Source: Chiloscyllium plagiosum (lineage: Eukaryota). From it: a stretch of DNA of 64,000 bases. The first letter of the stretch is position 1. Each line of letters starts with the position of its first letter. The notes under the pieces are model-generated. The model was not told the DNA's origin. It saw nothing but the letters and a program-made list of their open reading frames with translations, and did no database searches. The position numbers were made by a program, and so were the translations under genes. Where the stretch lies: NCBI RefSeq assembly GCF_004010195.1, contig NC_057752.1, positions 4,406,590 through 4,470,589 of the forward strand, given 5' to 3'. Shown here piece after piece: positions 13,499-28,255 of this stretch.

Positions 13499-14494
13499 AT
13501 AGAATGATTAACTAGATTCAGTCTGGTAACACAAGTGTTTGCTGGCACATAGCCTGATAATGTGCACAAAAAACAACACGTCCATGTTAGTGGATAGAAG
13601 TATGCAAATAGGAAAATGACGACAAATCTCAAAAACCAGAATCCAGATTAAAACCAGCTTGAATTTGCTGATTAAGCAGCAGCTAACACGAGGGTGTATG
13701 ATGTAGGCTGTAACTGAAACAGGTTAGCTGAAGAATAAGAAAATTCTCAAAATGAATCTCAAATTGCTGGCCTTGAGCATCCAGGCATTTATTCGCATAT
13801 AAAGAACCCACAAGTACATTTTCTTACCACTAGCTTACCTCCCAGAATAGTCATACGGACAATATCCCAGGTTCATTCCTCAGGCTATGAGCTGATGTCT
13901 GTTAGTAGGGGCACTATAACAAAAGCAGCAACCCCTGGATTTTGTAGTGGCATCTGTGTTCTGCATAACATTTGTGGATGGCAAGTTGCAAAATGTGTTC
14001 ATTGCACTAGTACGCCCAACGTATGGTCTCCCAGGCAAGTTACTGAAGATTGGGTTTTTTGCATCCAATTGTGCCTTGGGACTTGCACTAATTTAAGATT
14101 AAAGACAAGGGTTTTTTTTTGCCTGGGGGAAAAAAAAAGTGAAGAAAATGTATCAAAGAGTGCTTCCAGAATCTTGGCATAACCAGGCAGTTAGAGGCAC
14201 AATGAGCTTGTCATTCAAGATGGGATAAAGCAACAGCATGATACAAATTTGCGCGACTGAAATCTAAACAGCTTTTCCAAGTGTTGACCTGAAATATCAA
14301 GCAAGACCATTAGAAAAGGATGGAATATGGAGGGAGAGTGAATTTGAACTGTCAATGCTGTTGACCAACAAGTGTGAAACTTAGAAACCAGATGTCCTTC
14401 GGGGGAATTGTTGTAAGAATAGTTAACATTTGGGAGACAGTTACCATCTGCCATAATAATTACTTTTATATTGACAAGAGTTTTTCCAACTGAG

Positions 14495-14670
14495 TCAGTT
14501 AGCTCAGTTGGCCAGACAATCAGTTTGTGAAGCAAAGTGATGCCAATAGTTGGCTTCAATTCCTACCATGAAGGACCTCCCTTCTCAACCTCTCACCTGA
14601 GAGGTGTGGTAACCCTCCGGTCAAATCTAATAAGAGCATCCCTATGGTCTGATAAAACTGTGGCGACTTC
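14495..14670 (+). mobile_element. Decayed tRNA-derived SINE
   Basis: A-box-like tagctcagttgg and B-box-like ggcttcaattcc about 50 bp apart. Confidence 0.45.
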
Positions 14671-15354
14671 ATTTTTTAGTTGGACAAAATTAGAAATCAA
14701 ATTAAATCTCTGTTATACATATTAAATTACTTTAGGTGAAACCTTTTGACATGAATGAACCACATCTTGACTTAGGCAGCATTCTAAACAATTTACTGTA
14801 AACTTCCACCATAAACTCAAATAACCCATGTTAGTACTTTTTTAAAAAAAAATACAGTATGGCTTCCATTCCAATAGATTTGTTAATCACATGCATCATC
14901 TGAAGGAGTTTCTTTTCATTCTGGGTCAAGGCTCCTCAGGTCTAGGATGAATATTCATGCTCCAGGTCCAAGTATAGTTGCTTACAGATAGTCACATGCT
15001 ATAACCCACCAGACACACCCTTGGCATTGACTGCCTCATTGAAATTTTCTTTCCTGAACTACTTGGCCCAATTCTCTCACATTCTTACTGAGTTGAGCTG
15101 AGTTTTTTTGGTTAGCCAGAGCAAACTTTTCAGCAACCACCAGGTCTACCCTTCCTCTGCTTGCTGACTTGTTAAAAACCAGAACAGTTTCTGCTCAGGG
15201 CATAACAATCTCAGGGCTTTCTTGCTTCTAGAAGCCTCACGTTGGGTCCAAGGTTCAAGCAATGTTTGTGAGCATAAACAAAGTAATCACCTTGAATTCA
15301 CCTTAAAATGAACCCAAAACTACATTTTCACCTCAACGCAATCCATGATTTAGA

Positions 15355-15590
15355 ATCAGAGATGCACATCATGGAAACAGACCCTTCAGTCCAACCTGTC
15401 CATGCCGACCAGATATCCCAACCCAATCTAGTCCCACCTGTCAGCACCTGGCCCATAACCTCTAAACCCTTCCTATTTATGTACCCATCCAAATGCCTTT
15501 TCAATTTTGCAATTGCACCAGCCTCCACCACTTCCTCTGGCAGCTCATTCCATACCCATACCACCCTCTGTGTGAAAAAGTTGCCTCAAC
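15355..15590 (-). mobile_element. CR1 3' end
   Basis: Minus-strand VWVWNELPEEVVEAGAIAKLKRHLDGYINRKGLE plus 3' UTR. Confidence 0.85.
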
Positions 15591-17359
15591 CCCACAACTT
15601 CTGGCATCTCCAATACCATCCCTCAACCACCATCCCCTTCCCCCCAGCCTTCAGTCACCAACTTCATATTCTCAACTGAAAGAAGATTGCATGGCAAGGA
15701 AAATAATTCTTATAACACCCTCAAAACATTTATTTTGCACTTCTCAATTTCAGGGCCACACAGTGCTTTACAGCCAATTAAATATATTTGAAGTGCATTT
15801 ACTTCAATGCAACACAAGAAACAAGGCAGCCAGCTCCCACAAACAGCAGCATGATCATCAGATAATCTAATTTTACATTGCTTTATGGCTAAACATTGGC
15901 CCAGGAGATTAAACACTGTCGTACTCCCTCAGACTGCAGTTGTCAGCATAGATTGTACGTTAGAATCGGATCCAGGCCCACAACCTTCTGACTCAGGTGA
16001 GCACTACAACTAAACCACATTCAAGCTTGATTTACCAGCTTTTTCTTCTGGTTCCCCACACACTACACTGTTTTAAATGTGAACTTTGTGTCACAAAATC
16101 AACTAAAAGACTAAGCACAGCCTGCAGGACACCAAGACCTGCAGTCAGAAGAAAGGAGTCAGACAGATTTTCCAAGACATTGCAAAACCAACCTGCAGAA
16201 AGTCTGTTTAAAAAGACAAAAATTGCTGCAGCCAAGAGTTGTATAACAAAGTTAACATTTTAAACTGCATCAACTAAGGATTACCTAGTTAATTGTTTCT
16301 AATTTTTCTTTCTAGTCACAATTGTTTGTGGAGGTACAGCTCTTTCATTACTTCTGTCATCCGGATTTGAAGAGTATCTTAATAGGTGCCATCATTAACA
16401 ATGCTGGCCTAGTTTTCAACCAGCGAAAGCAGCCAGATGGGAAATAGATTGCGATGAGCATGGGGAAATCAGGTTATTGCCATTAGCCAAGCATATGGGA
16501 GACAATTGCAGCGTCTCACATTGCCTTCCTGGTTGAGATTAACTCAGTCCAAGCAGATATGGCAGCTAAGCCTATCTGGGCTGCATATTCAATGATCAGA
16601 AAGTTTCTTAAAACAACGATTTTGACTTGTGACCAACTCAACCCCTTCATTTATCAAATAGATGGCAATCTGAAGCTGGAAGGTAATTGCGCCTTCAAAG
16701 GTTTGCAGAGCCTCAATATAGTCCAAAGCATATTTTATCCAAGTGGTGTGTTCAGTTGCATCCATTGGAAATGCAGCAGAGTGCATAGAGTAACATTCTA
16801 CACCAAGTGTATAATAATTAGATTGGTATGTGATATTGATAAAATGTAGTCAGGACACCAACAGGATCTCTCCTTCCAAATAGTACCAATGAATATTTTG
16901 CACTCATCCAAAAGGCAGATGGAGCATTGGATTACTTGCTTGGCTGAAAGAACAAACCATTGACAGTTCAGCATTCCACCAGAACTGCATGAGAGCACGT
17001 ACAGCTTTGATCCAAGACTTGAGGTGAACTTTGTCCCACAGTCTACAGGTTTAAAAGGCAGGTGCACTATCATTTTGTATATGTTACTGTAGCGTAGAAA
17101 TCGAGTTCAACACCAAATGCTGAGGCTCACTGATATTGATCATACTGCAGAGATTTTATTTTTAAAAGCCCTTTTATTATACACAGTTATACAACACTTC
17201 GGATGTCTAATGTTTGGTGTAAGAGATTAGTTCCATTGCAACTGGTTTAACAAGCTACAAATTGGAACCTGGGCTAAGAGCAAATCAAATGAGATACCAC
17301 AATTTACCATTATTCATCCAAATGTTGGGTGAACAGTTAGCGAAAAGCAAACAAGAACA

Positions 17360-20300
17360 GGCATTGTTGATAACATATTTCAACTTTATTCACTAGATCT
17401 GGAAAAGCTTTGTACCACATCACTGAATCCACAACACAGCAAGCAACACATTTGTTATAGTTACTTAGAATAAAACATTTTAAAATTTCCACTTTTCTAA
17501 AGTTTCAATCCTGTTTCAAATGTTCCAATACCAAGAACTGGGAGATTGGGGGGGGGGGGGGGGTGAATACTGGATCTCTCCAAATCCCATGTATCGAAAT
17601 TTCATAGTGGCCTGATATCAATAAATAGAACTTCAATTCTTTGCAGGACGAAAACCCAACAGGTCTATGTAGCACTGCAAACTGTGGTAACCACCTGCTA
17701 GATGCAAATTTCTGTTGAATGCTTCCGAAAGAAAGTTTCCTAAATTACTTGGTTGCTAAATGCAGCACTTCAAGGTATAATATAAACCAGGAAGTGTTAA
17801 GTTTAACACTTGGAGTTATTAGCCAGTCTCTGCAGGGATATTACAAATGGGTCACCCTCCCAAAGTTAAGACAGGAAAGTCAACCTTGACCCCCACTTCC
17901 AATAACGGATTAATTTTTCAGAAAGATTTGGAGAAAGCATACAAAGAAAACTAACACTGATTAGTGTCTTAGGTTTGCTTAACTCACACCAAGATGATCA
18001 ATACTGCTCAAAATTTCAAAGTCATATTTACAATACAACTTCCAAAGTCAGTGTTTTTTCACATTTTACCTATTTCTGCACAGCAAGCACGGGGTATATT
18101 CCTGGTTTGTGGAATTACCAAAATGCTAGCAGGCTAGGCTGGGGCAACAGGAAGTGGCATAGGAAGATCGGTAATGGAAAAGGTTCTGAAGCTAAACAAC
18201 TACAAAAGTATAATCTACAGAATATGGTCTTAGTTATATTGTGGTAAACTGTTACTACACATTCAACACTTTCGTTTTCTACCCCTCTTTTTTCCAAGTA
18301 TCTAGATAAATGGACAAATATTTGAAAGAAAACTGCACATCTGTTAACGCTGGTTAATTATCTTGACAATTATTTCTGGCGATTTTCTCCAAAACTCTCC
18401 AGTGCCTTAATAGGCAAATATCCAAATGTGGTACAGAGTTCTTAAGTCCTAGACCCAATGTTCATTCCCTTGCAATCTGTGTTAACCCATCTAGGATGGG
18501 ACAGCAGGAGGCGAACTACAATTAACCAGTGCTGCTAGGCTAGGGAATGAGTGACTCTTGAAAGGAGGCCACATGTGGATGTAATAGGAGCACAAGATTC
18601 CTAGCAAAATCATCTTGGCTCATCTCCAGTACCAGAGGCTGCCAACACTTTGGTAATCATACGCCAGCACCTTTAAATACTACAAACCAACTGGATTTAT
18701 AAAAGTATTGTTCCCCTACATCAAAATCTAACTTGGTCTTAACTGAAGCTTGTACAACAGGCTTCTGCCAGTGTAACTTTTCCCAGGTCAGGTCAGGGAA
18801 CCTGATCCTCCAGAATTCCTATCTTTCCTTGGAGAACTAAACCCATCTTCCATTGGTCCTCTGGGTCAGTCAGCAGTCTTTAATCTAATGCCACATGCTT
18901 GCAGCAATAAGTTTCACCCATTTTAAGACTGGATTGGTCCCAAGTTTACAGCAAGTTTTCTTATTGAAAGCAGTGATGAAACAAGCTTCAGTACAAATTA
19001 GCTAATAAAGAGAGTTTAAGTATCAGGTTGAGGCAAGTACTCCATTGTTATGCATGCAGATGGGAAAGTACACACACCCTGAACTCTCAGAACCTGTAGC
19101 AATGACAGTGCTTCAGAAACCAGGTAACAACCATGCAAAACTAAATCTGGCAGGCCGGAATGACAAGACAGCCCAACCGCCATTCTTGAGCACTCTACAA
19201 AGGAGCTCCTTACTGCTGATTTACAACCACTAAGTGATTCAAAACAAACTGAATTCATCGCTCACATCAGACCTATATGCAACACACCTATGTGTACCAC
19301 CTTCCGACATTTAGCCAGAGACCACTTAAAAATGTTTAAAAGGGTGATATATATTGTGTGAAATAGATTCAAACAGAACGCCAGTCAAAAAACAAAACTG
19401 AAATTTACACTGATTGCCAGCTGCCATTTTAAACCCACATCTAAGAAGTTTGTTAACTCTACATTCTGTGTATATCATTCCAGATTGCTTTCCTAAAATG
19501 TACATCTAAAATATATACAGTATAGTAAAAAAATTTAAAATGGCAATGACACAAGGACTAAAAGCGTGGAAAGTCCTAAACAATATAGTATTGGCAGCTT
19601 TTAATAATTTTCAATCCTTAATTGGGTCATAAAAATAAATTGTCTAGTAATTAAAAAACTGGGCAAGTTGATTTTGTTGTTCTTCTACAATGGGCAATTA
19701 TTTAAAAGTATATAAAATATGGCTTTAACCCTTAGCCAATACATTAACTGGCAACCTCACTACAAGCACTGAATTTAGTTGACTGTAGACATTTACCTCT
19801 CTGACACGAGGAAGTTTGAGATGGCTGTCAGTAGAAGGGCAGAAACATTACCTGCATATATTGCCGGTGCAGAGAATCTGTACAGCTTTTAAAAGGTTTC
19901 TCCTGCCAACATCAAAATATTGCCATTTGGCAGCAAGACCATCAATGCCAGAGCCCATTTCAAACCCAGCTATAGCTAATGCTTGATATTGACTGGAAAT
20001 TTTATATTAGGTTGTGAATGTGAAATACTGCAAATTCACCCTTGAATTTATCTCCATTACCTGAATAGAGAAACTTTACAATAGACATTGCCATGTTTCT
20101 TACATGCCCAAAGATTTCAGTGGTCAAGGTATCTCTTCCTCCAATACACATGCCCATTTGAGTGCCACCAGGCAAGTGTGCAGTCCTATACTGTATACAT
20201 TTGCATTCAATATAGATAGGCAGCTTAAGAATTGCACTCATACTGCACCTCATTTCTGAAACGTCCCAAAGAATGCAGTGTAGACTGAATTACGTTGAAG

Positions 20301-21237
20301 CACAATGGCTGGTTTGTAGGTAAATTCTCGATAATTCATAGCGATGCTTGCTGTCCACGTACAGCAAATGCTGCACAACTCTGAAATTATACTTATGGCA
20401 ACAAGATAGTGAACAAATCAAAGATGAACAGACGTTAACGGCACCATTCAAGTCTGAGTTCAAACCAGTATTGCATCATTAACTTTATATCAGTGAAAGC
20501 AAAGTCAGCACTTCATGAGGAAAATGCTTTTTGATCATTTTCTTTCAGCACTTTTTGAATGACAAAAATGATTTTATTAAAGCCTTTGGACAAGTGCTCA
20601 CCACATGGGAGACATACAAGTAGCAATTATTCCCATCTCATCAATGGGAGCAAGCACAATTTAAGAACAAAAATCAAAAGTGCAGCAGTATCCCAGAAAG
20701 GATTACTTCTACTATAATGTTCCCAATCAAAAATGCATCTTACTCCCCTCATCAAGTGTTTCACAGTCTGAATACAAAACAAAGAGGGGTGGGAGTTGCT
20801 TTGAACACGTTTGCTGCAGTGAACACTGGATGTTCTCCCCCTAATGAAAGAACGAGACGATCAGGCCTTTTGACACAGCGAATCCCCTAGTCCAGACTAA
20901 GCACGCAACGACAGATGCAGTGCTTAGACAATATTCTGAAGTCACGTAGTCTGACAGTGAATACCCAATACAGTCCACTGAACAGTACATTTATTCCATA
21001 CCTCAGTATCAAGATTTAGGAATGATATTTTTGGAAAATATTCCCTCCATTTCTAATAAAACTAACAGTGTGAAAGGCAGCATGAGCACCAGCATGGGCG
21101 ATGTTGTCTTATTGTATGACCCTTAGTCTCTTTAAGATGCGAGCCTGTATTATCTGGTAGTTATTTGGTGTGGATATCTTGTGTCGGTATGGAACAATGA
21201 CTCTCCCAGTATTCTTGGTAGCATACAACAGTTATTC
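17360..21237 (-). other. PYM1: Probable long PYM1 3' UTR
   Basis: No recognisable repeats from the stop codon down to a minus-strand AATAAA (tttatt 17385-17390). Other AATAAA candidates near 17155-17178, 20573 and 20990. End position is inferred. Confidence 0.45.
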
Positions 21238-21709
21238 CTATAAACCCAATTCCAAACCCTCCAGCTCCTCCTCCAGCAGTTTTCGGCGGCTCAGCTTGTC
21301 CAGCTGCTCTTTGGTCGCCTGTTTAATCTCACCAGAGTCTAGTTTTTGCTGCAGTTCATCAATTTGGCGCAGTTTCTTTTTAAGATTTTTTACCTTCTTT
21401 GCCTTCTCTACTCCATCGTGATCACCTTGCAACGCAACAGCCTGAGAGTTCGGACTGCTACCACCGCCGCCAATGGTGGTTTTCTGCAATGTTTGACTCA
21501 GCTCATCGGCCTCGGCGGTGCCGTCACTTTCCTGCTGCTGTTTGCGCTTCTCTTTGCGCTTGAGGTTGCGTTTAGCTGACTTGGATAACCCAGCCAGCTC
21601 TCCGTCGTGCTTTGACTGTTGCTGCTTGCTTTTGGCGGTTTCGTCTGGGTTAAGGCCAGGTGGCAGGTCGGGTTTGCTTTTGAAAAACTTCACATACTTG
21701 TTTTCGTAC
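21238..21709 (-). CDS. PYM1: PYM1 (partner of Y14-Mago, WIBG) coding exon 3 (last)
   Basis: Acceptor gtgtgcag|[20 protein letters not shown]...[15 protein letters not shown]...[56 protein letters not shown]; 472 nt, phase matches exon 2. Confidence 0.97.
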
Positions 21710-23099
21710 CTGCACACAACAAATACAGATAATAACAGGCCATGCGAAGTGGGATACACAATCAGACCACGTTATCACAAACAAGTTTATTTTTTTGATT
21801 TTCTCTTTTCCTGATTCTTGCTGAGATACTACTTCATGTACATTAGTCACCTTCTGGTATCTCTCACTCAAGTGACTGCTCTGTGCCTGAACTAAGTGTG
21901 CCAACCATACAGGGAATTAAGAGACAAACCCGAGCCTGTCATCCTCATCTGACGTTCAAGTATATTACTGCCATATCAATTTCAAGACCTCCTCCTCCCC
22001 CAACACCATTTTTCTCATTCAAATTTGTTGAAGCAGTCATGCTTGAAAGTGACTGACCCATTGGTATAATGCTTCTAATGCTTTCATAATATGTGGGTCG
22101 CTTGCAAGTTTAACATTTATTCCCCATCCCTAAATGCTCGAGAAAGAGTGCACTGTCAGGGCCAAAGTCTACATTCAAGATCCATAATAAAACATACTGC
22201 ATGTTCTGGATAACATGTCCTCCTGCCTTGACGGAGAATACTTTTATCCTTCAGCAGTGTGGTGACACCGATGAATATGTAGAATCAGGCCCGGGTGTAA
22301 TGCCCTGGCAGCTAAACAGCTATTGACACTGAGAAACGACAAAGAATAGCCACTTGGGATGGGAGGCTGAGAATCACCTGATGAGCTAGATCCCATTCAA
22401 ATTAGAGGCTGCAAAGAGGGTATCTGGGGGAAAGAGAAGAAAAAGGAGAACTAATTTACACGGGCAGCAGAGGAGAGGGGTTTTACCTGCAGCAGGCACA
22501 GCCAGCCTTCAGTAGATATAACAGCCAGTGTACAACACACTTACACATGGAAAAAGATCTCAATTCCTGCACATCATCTGGGATAACGGTGCAACTAAAG
22601 TAACTGACAGAGATACCCCTCAAATTTGACTCTGGTTATTGGGAACACAGTACTATTTAATGTTAACAGCCAATATAATTTCTCCTATCTATGTATAAAA
22701 AATGGCCTTTTACTGGGCAGTTTTAAGTGTGGCCATGACTGTCAAGGAATATGGAAATAAACTCCTTTTTGAGCCGCCATTTGTGAAAGGAGTGTGAATT
22801 ATCCATTAACATCCCTCAGAAATTGCAGGTTAGTTACAAAAGAAAATGCAGCTGATTATGCCCCAGCCTGGAGATGGTAAAGTGTAAATGAGCCACTTTG
22901 CTGCTGCTTGTTTGAACCACATCACCTAAAGCAGTGAAAATTAGTTGAAATCAGTCAATCTGACATGTTCTCTTGCAACAGCTATTTGGCAGTTTGCAGA
23001 AAATCCCAAAATCTAGAATACCATGAGACAGTATCTTAAAACACACTTGTATTTAGGTTAAAAAAAGCAAAATAGCACAACATAAGATTTTACTATCTT

Positions 23100-23640
23100 A
23101 ACTTCATTGGTCAGAATATTTAGTATAGGAGTTGGGATGCCATGTTGGGGCTATACAGGACATTGGTGAGGCCACTTTTAAAATACTGCATACAATTGTG
23201 ATCTCCTTACTATAGGAAGAATATTGTTAAACTTGAGAGGGTGCAGAAAAGATTTACAAGGATGTTGCCAGGACCAGAGGGTTTGAGTTACAGGGAGAGA
23301 CCAAAAACACTGGCCCTTTCTCCCCCCTTCGTGTCAGAAGCTGAGGGAGTGACCTAATAAAGGCTTATAAAATGAGAGCCATGGATAAGGTGAATAACCA
23401 AAGTCTTTTTCCTGCAGTGTGGCAGTCCAAAACTAGAGGGCATAGGTGTATGGTGAAAGGGGAAGATTGAAAAAAGACAGAGGGGCAACAGTGTCCACAA
23501 CAAAGGGTAGTGCGTGCATGGAACGAGAAACTAGAGGAAGTGGTGGAGGTGGATACAATTACAACATTTAAAATGTATTTGGATGGGTAGGTTGAGGGAT
23601 ATTGGGCCAAATGTTGGAAAATGGGGCTAGGTCAGATGAC
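23100..23640 (+). mobile_element. CR1 3' fragment in PYM1 intron 2
   Basis: ctatacaggacattggtgaggccactttta...gagagggtgcagaaaagatttacaaggatgttgcca, then the CR1 terminus. Confidence 0.85.
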
Positions 23641-25999
23641 TTGTTCACACATAGCAAAATGTCTACACAACAAATAGCTACTGCAAATGACTGATTATGG
23701 AGAATTTAAAATTCATTTCTTTGAGCACATTTTGCACCACTGAATAATCTTTTGTAGTTAGCTAAGTGTTCTCTTTGGCATATGAAAAAATAGATAACGT
23801 AAATTGGCCTATCAACCAGTACAAATAGATTACTTGTCTGAGCTTAGCACTGCCCTGAGCAATCTTGCACTTTAGTGTAACAAAGCAGACTTTTGCTTAT
23901 TATTGATGAACCTATGTAGCATCAAAAAAAAAAAAGGGGGGGGGCATTTCACACTAAATCAGGCAATGTGCGCACCAGCTGAACAGTCACAGAAATGACT
24001 AAATGCAGATGGGTGGGGTGAGAGGTTAGTATGGCATTGACAGAATATGAAATTAAACATCTTCAAATTACGCTTACGTTTGCGCGTGCAATATTGCGAG
24101 CAGAACAAACGGGTTGGGGTGGCAGTATTGAAGAGAGAAAAAAAGGACATTAAAGCCTATTGCTCTTGTCACTTAGGAGAACTGAGGTGAAACCATGGAT
24201 CACGGTTGAAAACGAATGAAGTGGATTCGTCAAGCTCCAAAAAGTGAACTGAACTCTTGAGCCTAGCACGAGGTTTCACAGCACTAAATTTCAGGCTGTT
24301 TATTAGGGTTGATAAAAAGGATGGAAGATAGAGTGACGGGAGCAAATATTATGAAACTAAAAAGAAAGATGGAAAATTTAAAATAACAAGCTCACATTAA
24401 AAGTGACAAACAGTCTCAGAATTCTAAGCAGTGATGCACTTGTAGATGGTACTGTCAATATCATGTTACCTGGCAAGTAAGAAACCATCTACATTTAACA
24501 ACACCACAACCAAACAATACCTCAAGTGAATTAAACTCGCAGAAAGTAGGTCAGAAACATCAGAAGTCTGCTGGCTTTCCCTAATAAAGGTCAGGAGGAT
24601 GTGAACAGTTACAATTGGGACGATTTCAGCCAAAAGTTGCACCCCCACTGCCTGTACTGCATGCAAAACTAGATCTAATCTGCTGGGACCACTGCCCCTT
24701 CATACAAAGGTCTCTCCTAACTTATATCCAACCTCTTCTCTATACCCCTCCCTAAACTATAAATGGCAACTCAACTTGTACTCAAAATGCTACTCCCCTC
24801 TGACAAATCCTCCCTTCTCTTCCCCATTTACTGCATAGTCTGTTCCAAACTGGCTACCAATCCACCTCCAACACTAGTAATTTTTAAAAGTTTCTTTCAG
24901 CCCACAATCTTCCTATTTACATTAAATGCCTTAAAATGTTTCCTAGTTACACCAACCCCTTATCTGGATGGGTGACTAATGAATGATGGCTCAATTTCAA
25001 AACTGATCTAAAATTCCTCTTGTTCAGCGTCACAGCCCAACCAGTGGCTGATGTGTCCAACCATTATCATTGTCACCCTAAGGCTTTGATTTGAGACTTC
25101 AAAAGGCATAGATCCACTCTCGTGGTCATCATCCATTCTAAAATGCTCCTCCACTCTACCATTTCTTCACCACCCTCTGACTCAAACTCCATTTCCCCAA
25201 CCTCCTTTTACCTGTACCACCCCACCCCAAAGAGTTCCTGTATACCCCATCTCTATTACAGCTCAATCTGAAAATATTGTAACTATGCCTTGACCAGCTG
25301 CAATGCCAGAGACACCAGATAAATTCAGAGAAAGGCAAGGAGAAAACTGGATACACCATGACCAATTATGAATGTAAACTTTGGAAGACTATTAGGGACG
25401 AAGCAATAACTTGTGATAAACTCCCGTCTTTCTTGACAACCTTCAGAATTTCCAACATGCTAACTGGTTTATTAACATTCAAATTAGCTTAAGTTTTGAC
25501 AATAGAGGGTGTTAACTCAAAGCCACCTGCTGAAATAGTTTTAAACAAATAGCCCTTTGCACACCACTTTGAAAAGCCAAATGTATTTCATCAATCTGCT
25601 ACAAAATGCAGTAGTTTCTAGCAAAACTCAAAACTTTACTTTCCTTGATGCCAAATTATGTTTTTCCTATTTAAAGGCAAACCTTAACATTGACATTTTG
25701 GAATAAGCCATAATTAAAGCTGCTTTGCGCAGTGAGCGAACATGGGAATCAGAAGGTGTGCAATACACATCACAAGAGAGCGATAAAGACTGTTCAGATA
25801 CCTTTCATGATGTAGAAGATATGCCCCTGCAAATGTAATGCCTGTTGAGTAAAATAACATTCTTTCAATTTTTGAGTTGCCATTTTGCACAAAATTGCAC
25901 ATGCCATGAACTGAGCAAAAGGTCGCCCAAAGGGCCAAGAAACATTAAGAGGTTTATTCAAAGTTCATCCTGACAAATTTCTTTTTATTTTGGGGGGTT

Positions 26000-28255
26000 A
26001 ACAACCAACCATTCATTTCTGAGTGGAACTTTCAAAATTGGTGCCTGTAATAGTTAAGGTACCCCGAACATAGCTGCAACCATGATATGATTGGGTTTTA
26101 CATCAAGTTGAAAGGGTGAGAAAGTTGTTCTAAGACCAGTATTTCAAAATCTTAAATGAGAACAACTACGTGGGCATGAAAGCTGAAATGAACTGGGATT
26201 CTAGGCTAAGAAATAGGTCACTGATGGGCAGTTAAGGAAATATTTCAGAACACTTGGAATAAGTACACCCCTACTATGAAGGGCATTTCTAAGGAGAGGA
26301 CCCATCTGTAGTTAACTAAAAAAAATTAAGGAAACCAAACTTAAGAATGCATGTACTTGCACAAAACATGAGTAGCAGGTTCAGTAATTCAGCAGAATAT
26401 TAACAAGGGCAGGGAATGATGAAAAGATTAATTCGGAGAAAGAAATACTGTATTAAGAGAGGGGATGCTAACTAGAAATGTAAAACAAATGCCAAGATTT
26501 TCTGCAGGTCTTTAAAAAGGGAGAGAGTGTAAAATTAGCATTGGCCCTCTAGAAGCAAGAATGCAGAATTAGTAAACAATGAAATGGTTGGGACGAAGGG
26601 GGAAGAGAAACTTGATGAAATTACAAATCAACAAGAAAGCAACACCAAGCAAACCGATCAAGCTGCGGCTGATAAATCTTCAAGTCCTAATGTATTGAAG
26701 GTTTGGGTCTTAAAGAGGAGGCTAATGAGGAGTAGATGCATTAGTGTTAATTTTCTAAAAACTTTGTTTTATTCTGGAAAAGTATCAATGTAACTCCACC
26801 ATTCAAAAAGAGGGAGGAAGGCAAAAAAGACCAGGAAACTTTAGGCCAGTTAGCTTGATGGCAGCCTTGGGAACAGTATCAGAAGCAATTAAGGTCATTA
26901 GAGCTGGGCATTTAAAACTATACTGACTCTTCCTGATTACTTTTGAAGTTTTTTTGTGAAAGGGAGATCACTAATTTACTGGAATTCTTTGAAGTCAAGA
27001 TATACTATGGATAAGGGAGAGGCCGCAGATGTAAATTATTGGATTTCCAGAAGGTATTTGACAAGGTGCCACAAAGGTGGTTGTCGTGCAATGGAGAAGT
27101 TCATTGTGTAGAGACAACATAATAGCATAGCTAAGAGTGTGGTTGGCAGAAAACAGTCTGCACAAATGACACTTTCTCCAACTGGTAGGTTGCAACAAGC
27201 ATAGCCTAACATGGTTTCAGCTTTATACAACATGTATCAATAACATTGATTAGGGGAGTGAAGGCATGGTAACAAAATTTGCAGATAAATAAAGATTGGA
27301 AGATGTGTTGTGATGCAAACAAATAGGGTACACACAGGTAGGTCGAGTGAGTAGGCAAAAATCTGGCATTGACGTACAATGTAAGAAAATGTGAAGCTGT
27401 TCACTTGGGCAGGAAAAGTAGACAGAGTACATGTGTAGACAAAGACTTGGAATTCCAAGGTGTAGAGATATCTAGTTCAATACACATCACAAAAAAGTAC
27501 ACAGGTATAGTAAGTGATTAAGACTAATGGAATGCTATCCTTTATTATGAGGGGGGTTGAACGTAAAAGAAAGAAGCATTGGCTTTAGTTACATAGGGAT
27601 TGGTAAGACCACATTTTGAATACCGTGTGCAGTTTTACTTTCCTTACTTAAGGAAGGATGTCAATGCATCGGAGGTTCACTAGATAGGTCCGTGGAAAAG
27701 CAGGGTGTCTGCTCAGGAAAGGCTGGACAGACTGGGCTTACTTCCAACGGAGTTTAGAAGTGTGAGAGGTGACTTGATTAAGCATATGAAGATCTTAATG
27801 CTCTTGTGGCACAGTGGTGGTGTTTCTACCTTTGAGCCAGAAGGGCTAGGTTCAAGATCCACCTGCTCCAGAGATGTGCCATAAAATGCCTGAACTGGTT
27901 GTTTAAAAAGATCCATAAAGGCTTTGAATAGACAAAGCAAAGTGGACCCAGAAAGTAAATATGCGTCCTTTCATCAGGGAGCCCAGAACTAGGGCACATT
28001 GACCCCTAATTTTTAAACAACGTTTAGGGCAGAGATGAGGAGATTTTCTTTTCCCTCCAAGAGGGTTGTGAACTTGGAACACTGCCTCAGAAGGCAGCGC
28101 ACTGAATATTTCTAAAGGTGAAGGTAGATTGGTTCCCCTGCCCAAGAATTTAAGGATTTCCAGGGTAGATGGAAACATGGAATTCAAAACAGATAAGCTG
28201 TACTTGAATGGCAGGGTAGACGGGAGGGACTAAATGGCCTACTTCTGGTCCAAAT
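26000..28255 (+). mobile_element. Heavily decayed CR1 ORF2/3' end, with a tRNA-SINE head inserted at ~27800-27905
   Basis: Remnants ttggatttccagaaggtatttgacaaggtgccac (LDFQKVFDKVP), aaatttgcagat, gtgagaggtgacttgatt. The insert has gtggcacagtgg...ggttcaagatcc. Confidence 0.7.

Noticed and set aside
17548..17563. Poly-G run as a G-quadruplex element
   Set aside because: Simple homopolymer (C-run on the transcribed strand) with no other support.
21170..21814. Plus-strand ORFs overlapping PYM1 exon 3
   Set aside because: Antisense shadows of the real coding exon.
25020..25135. Second C/D-like box pair in PYM1 intron 2
   Set aside because: No terminal stem; expected by chance.
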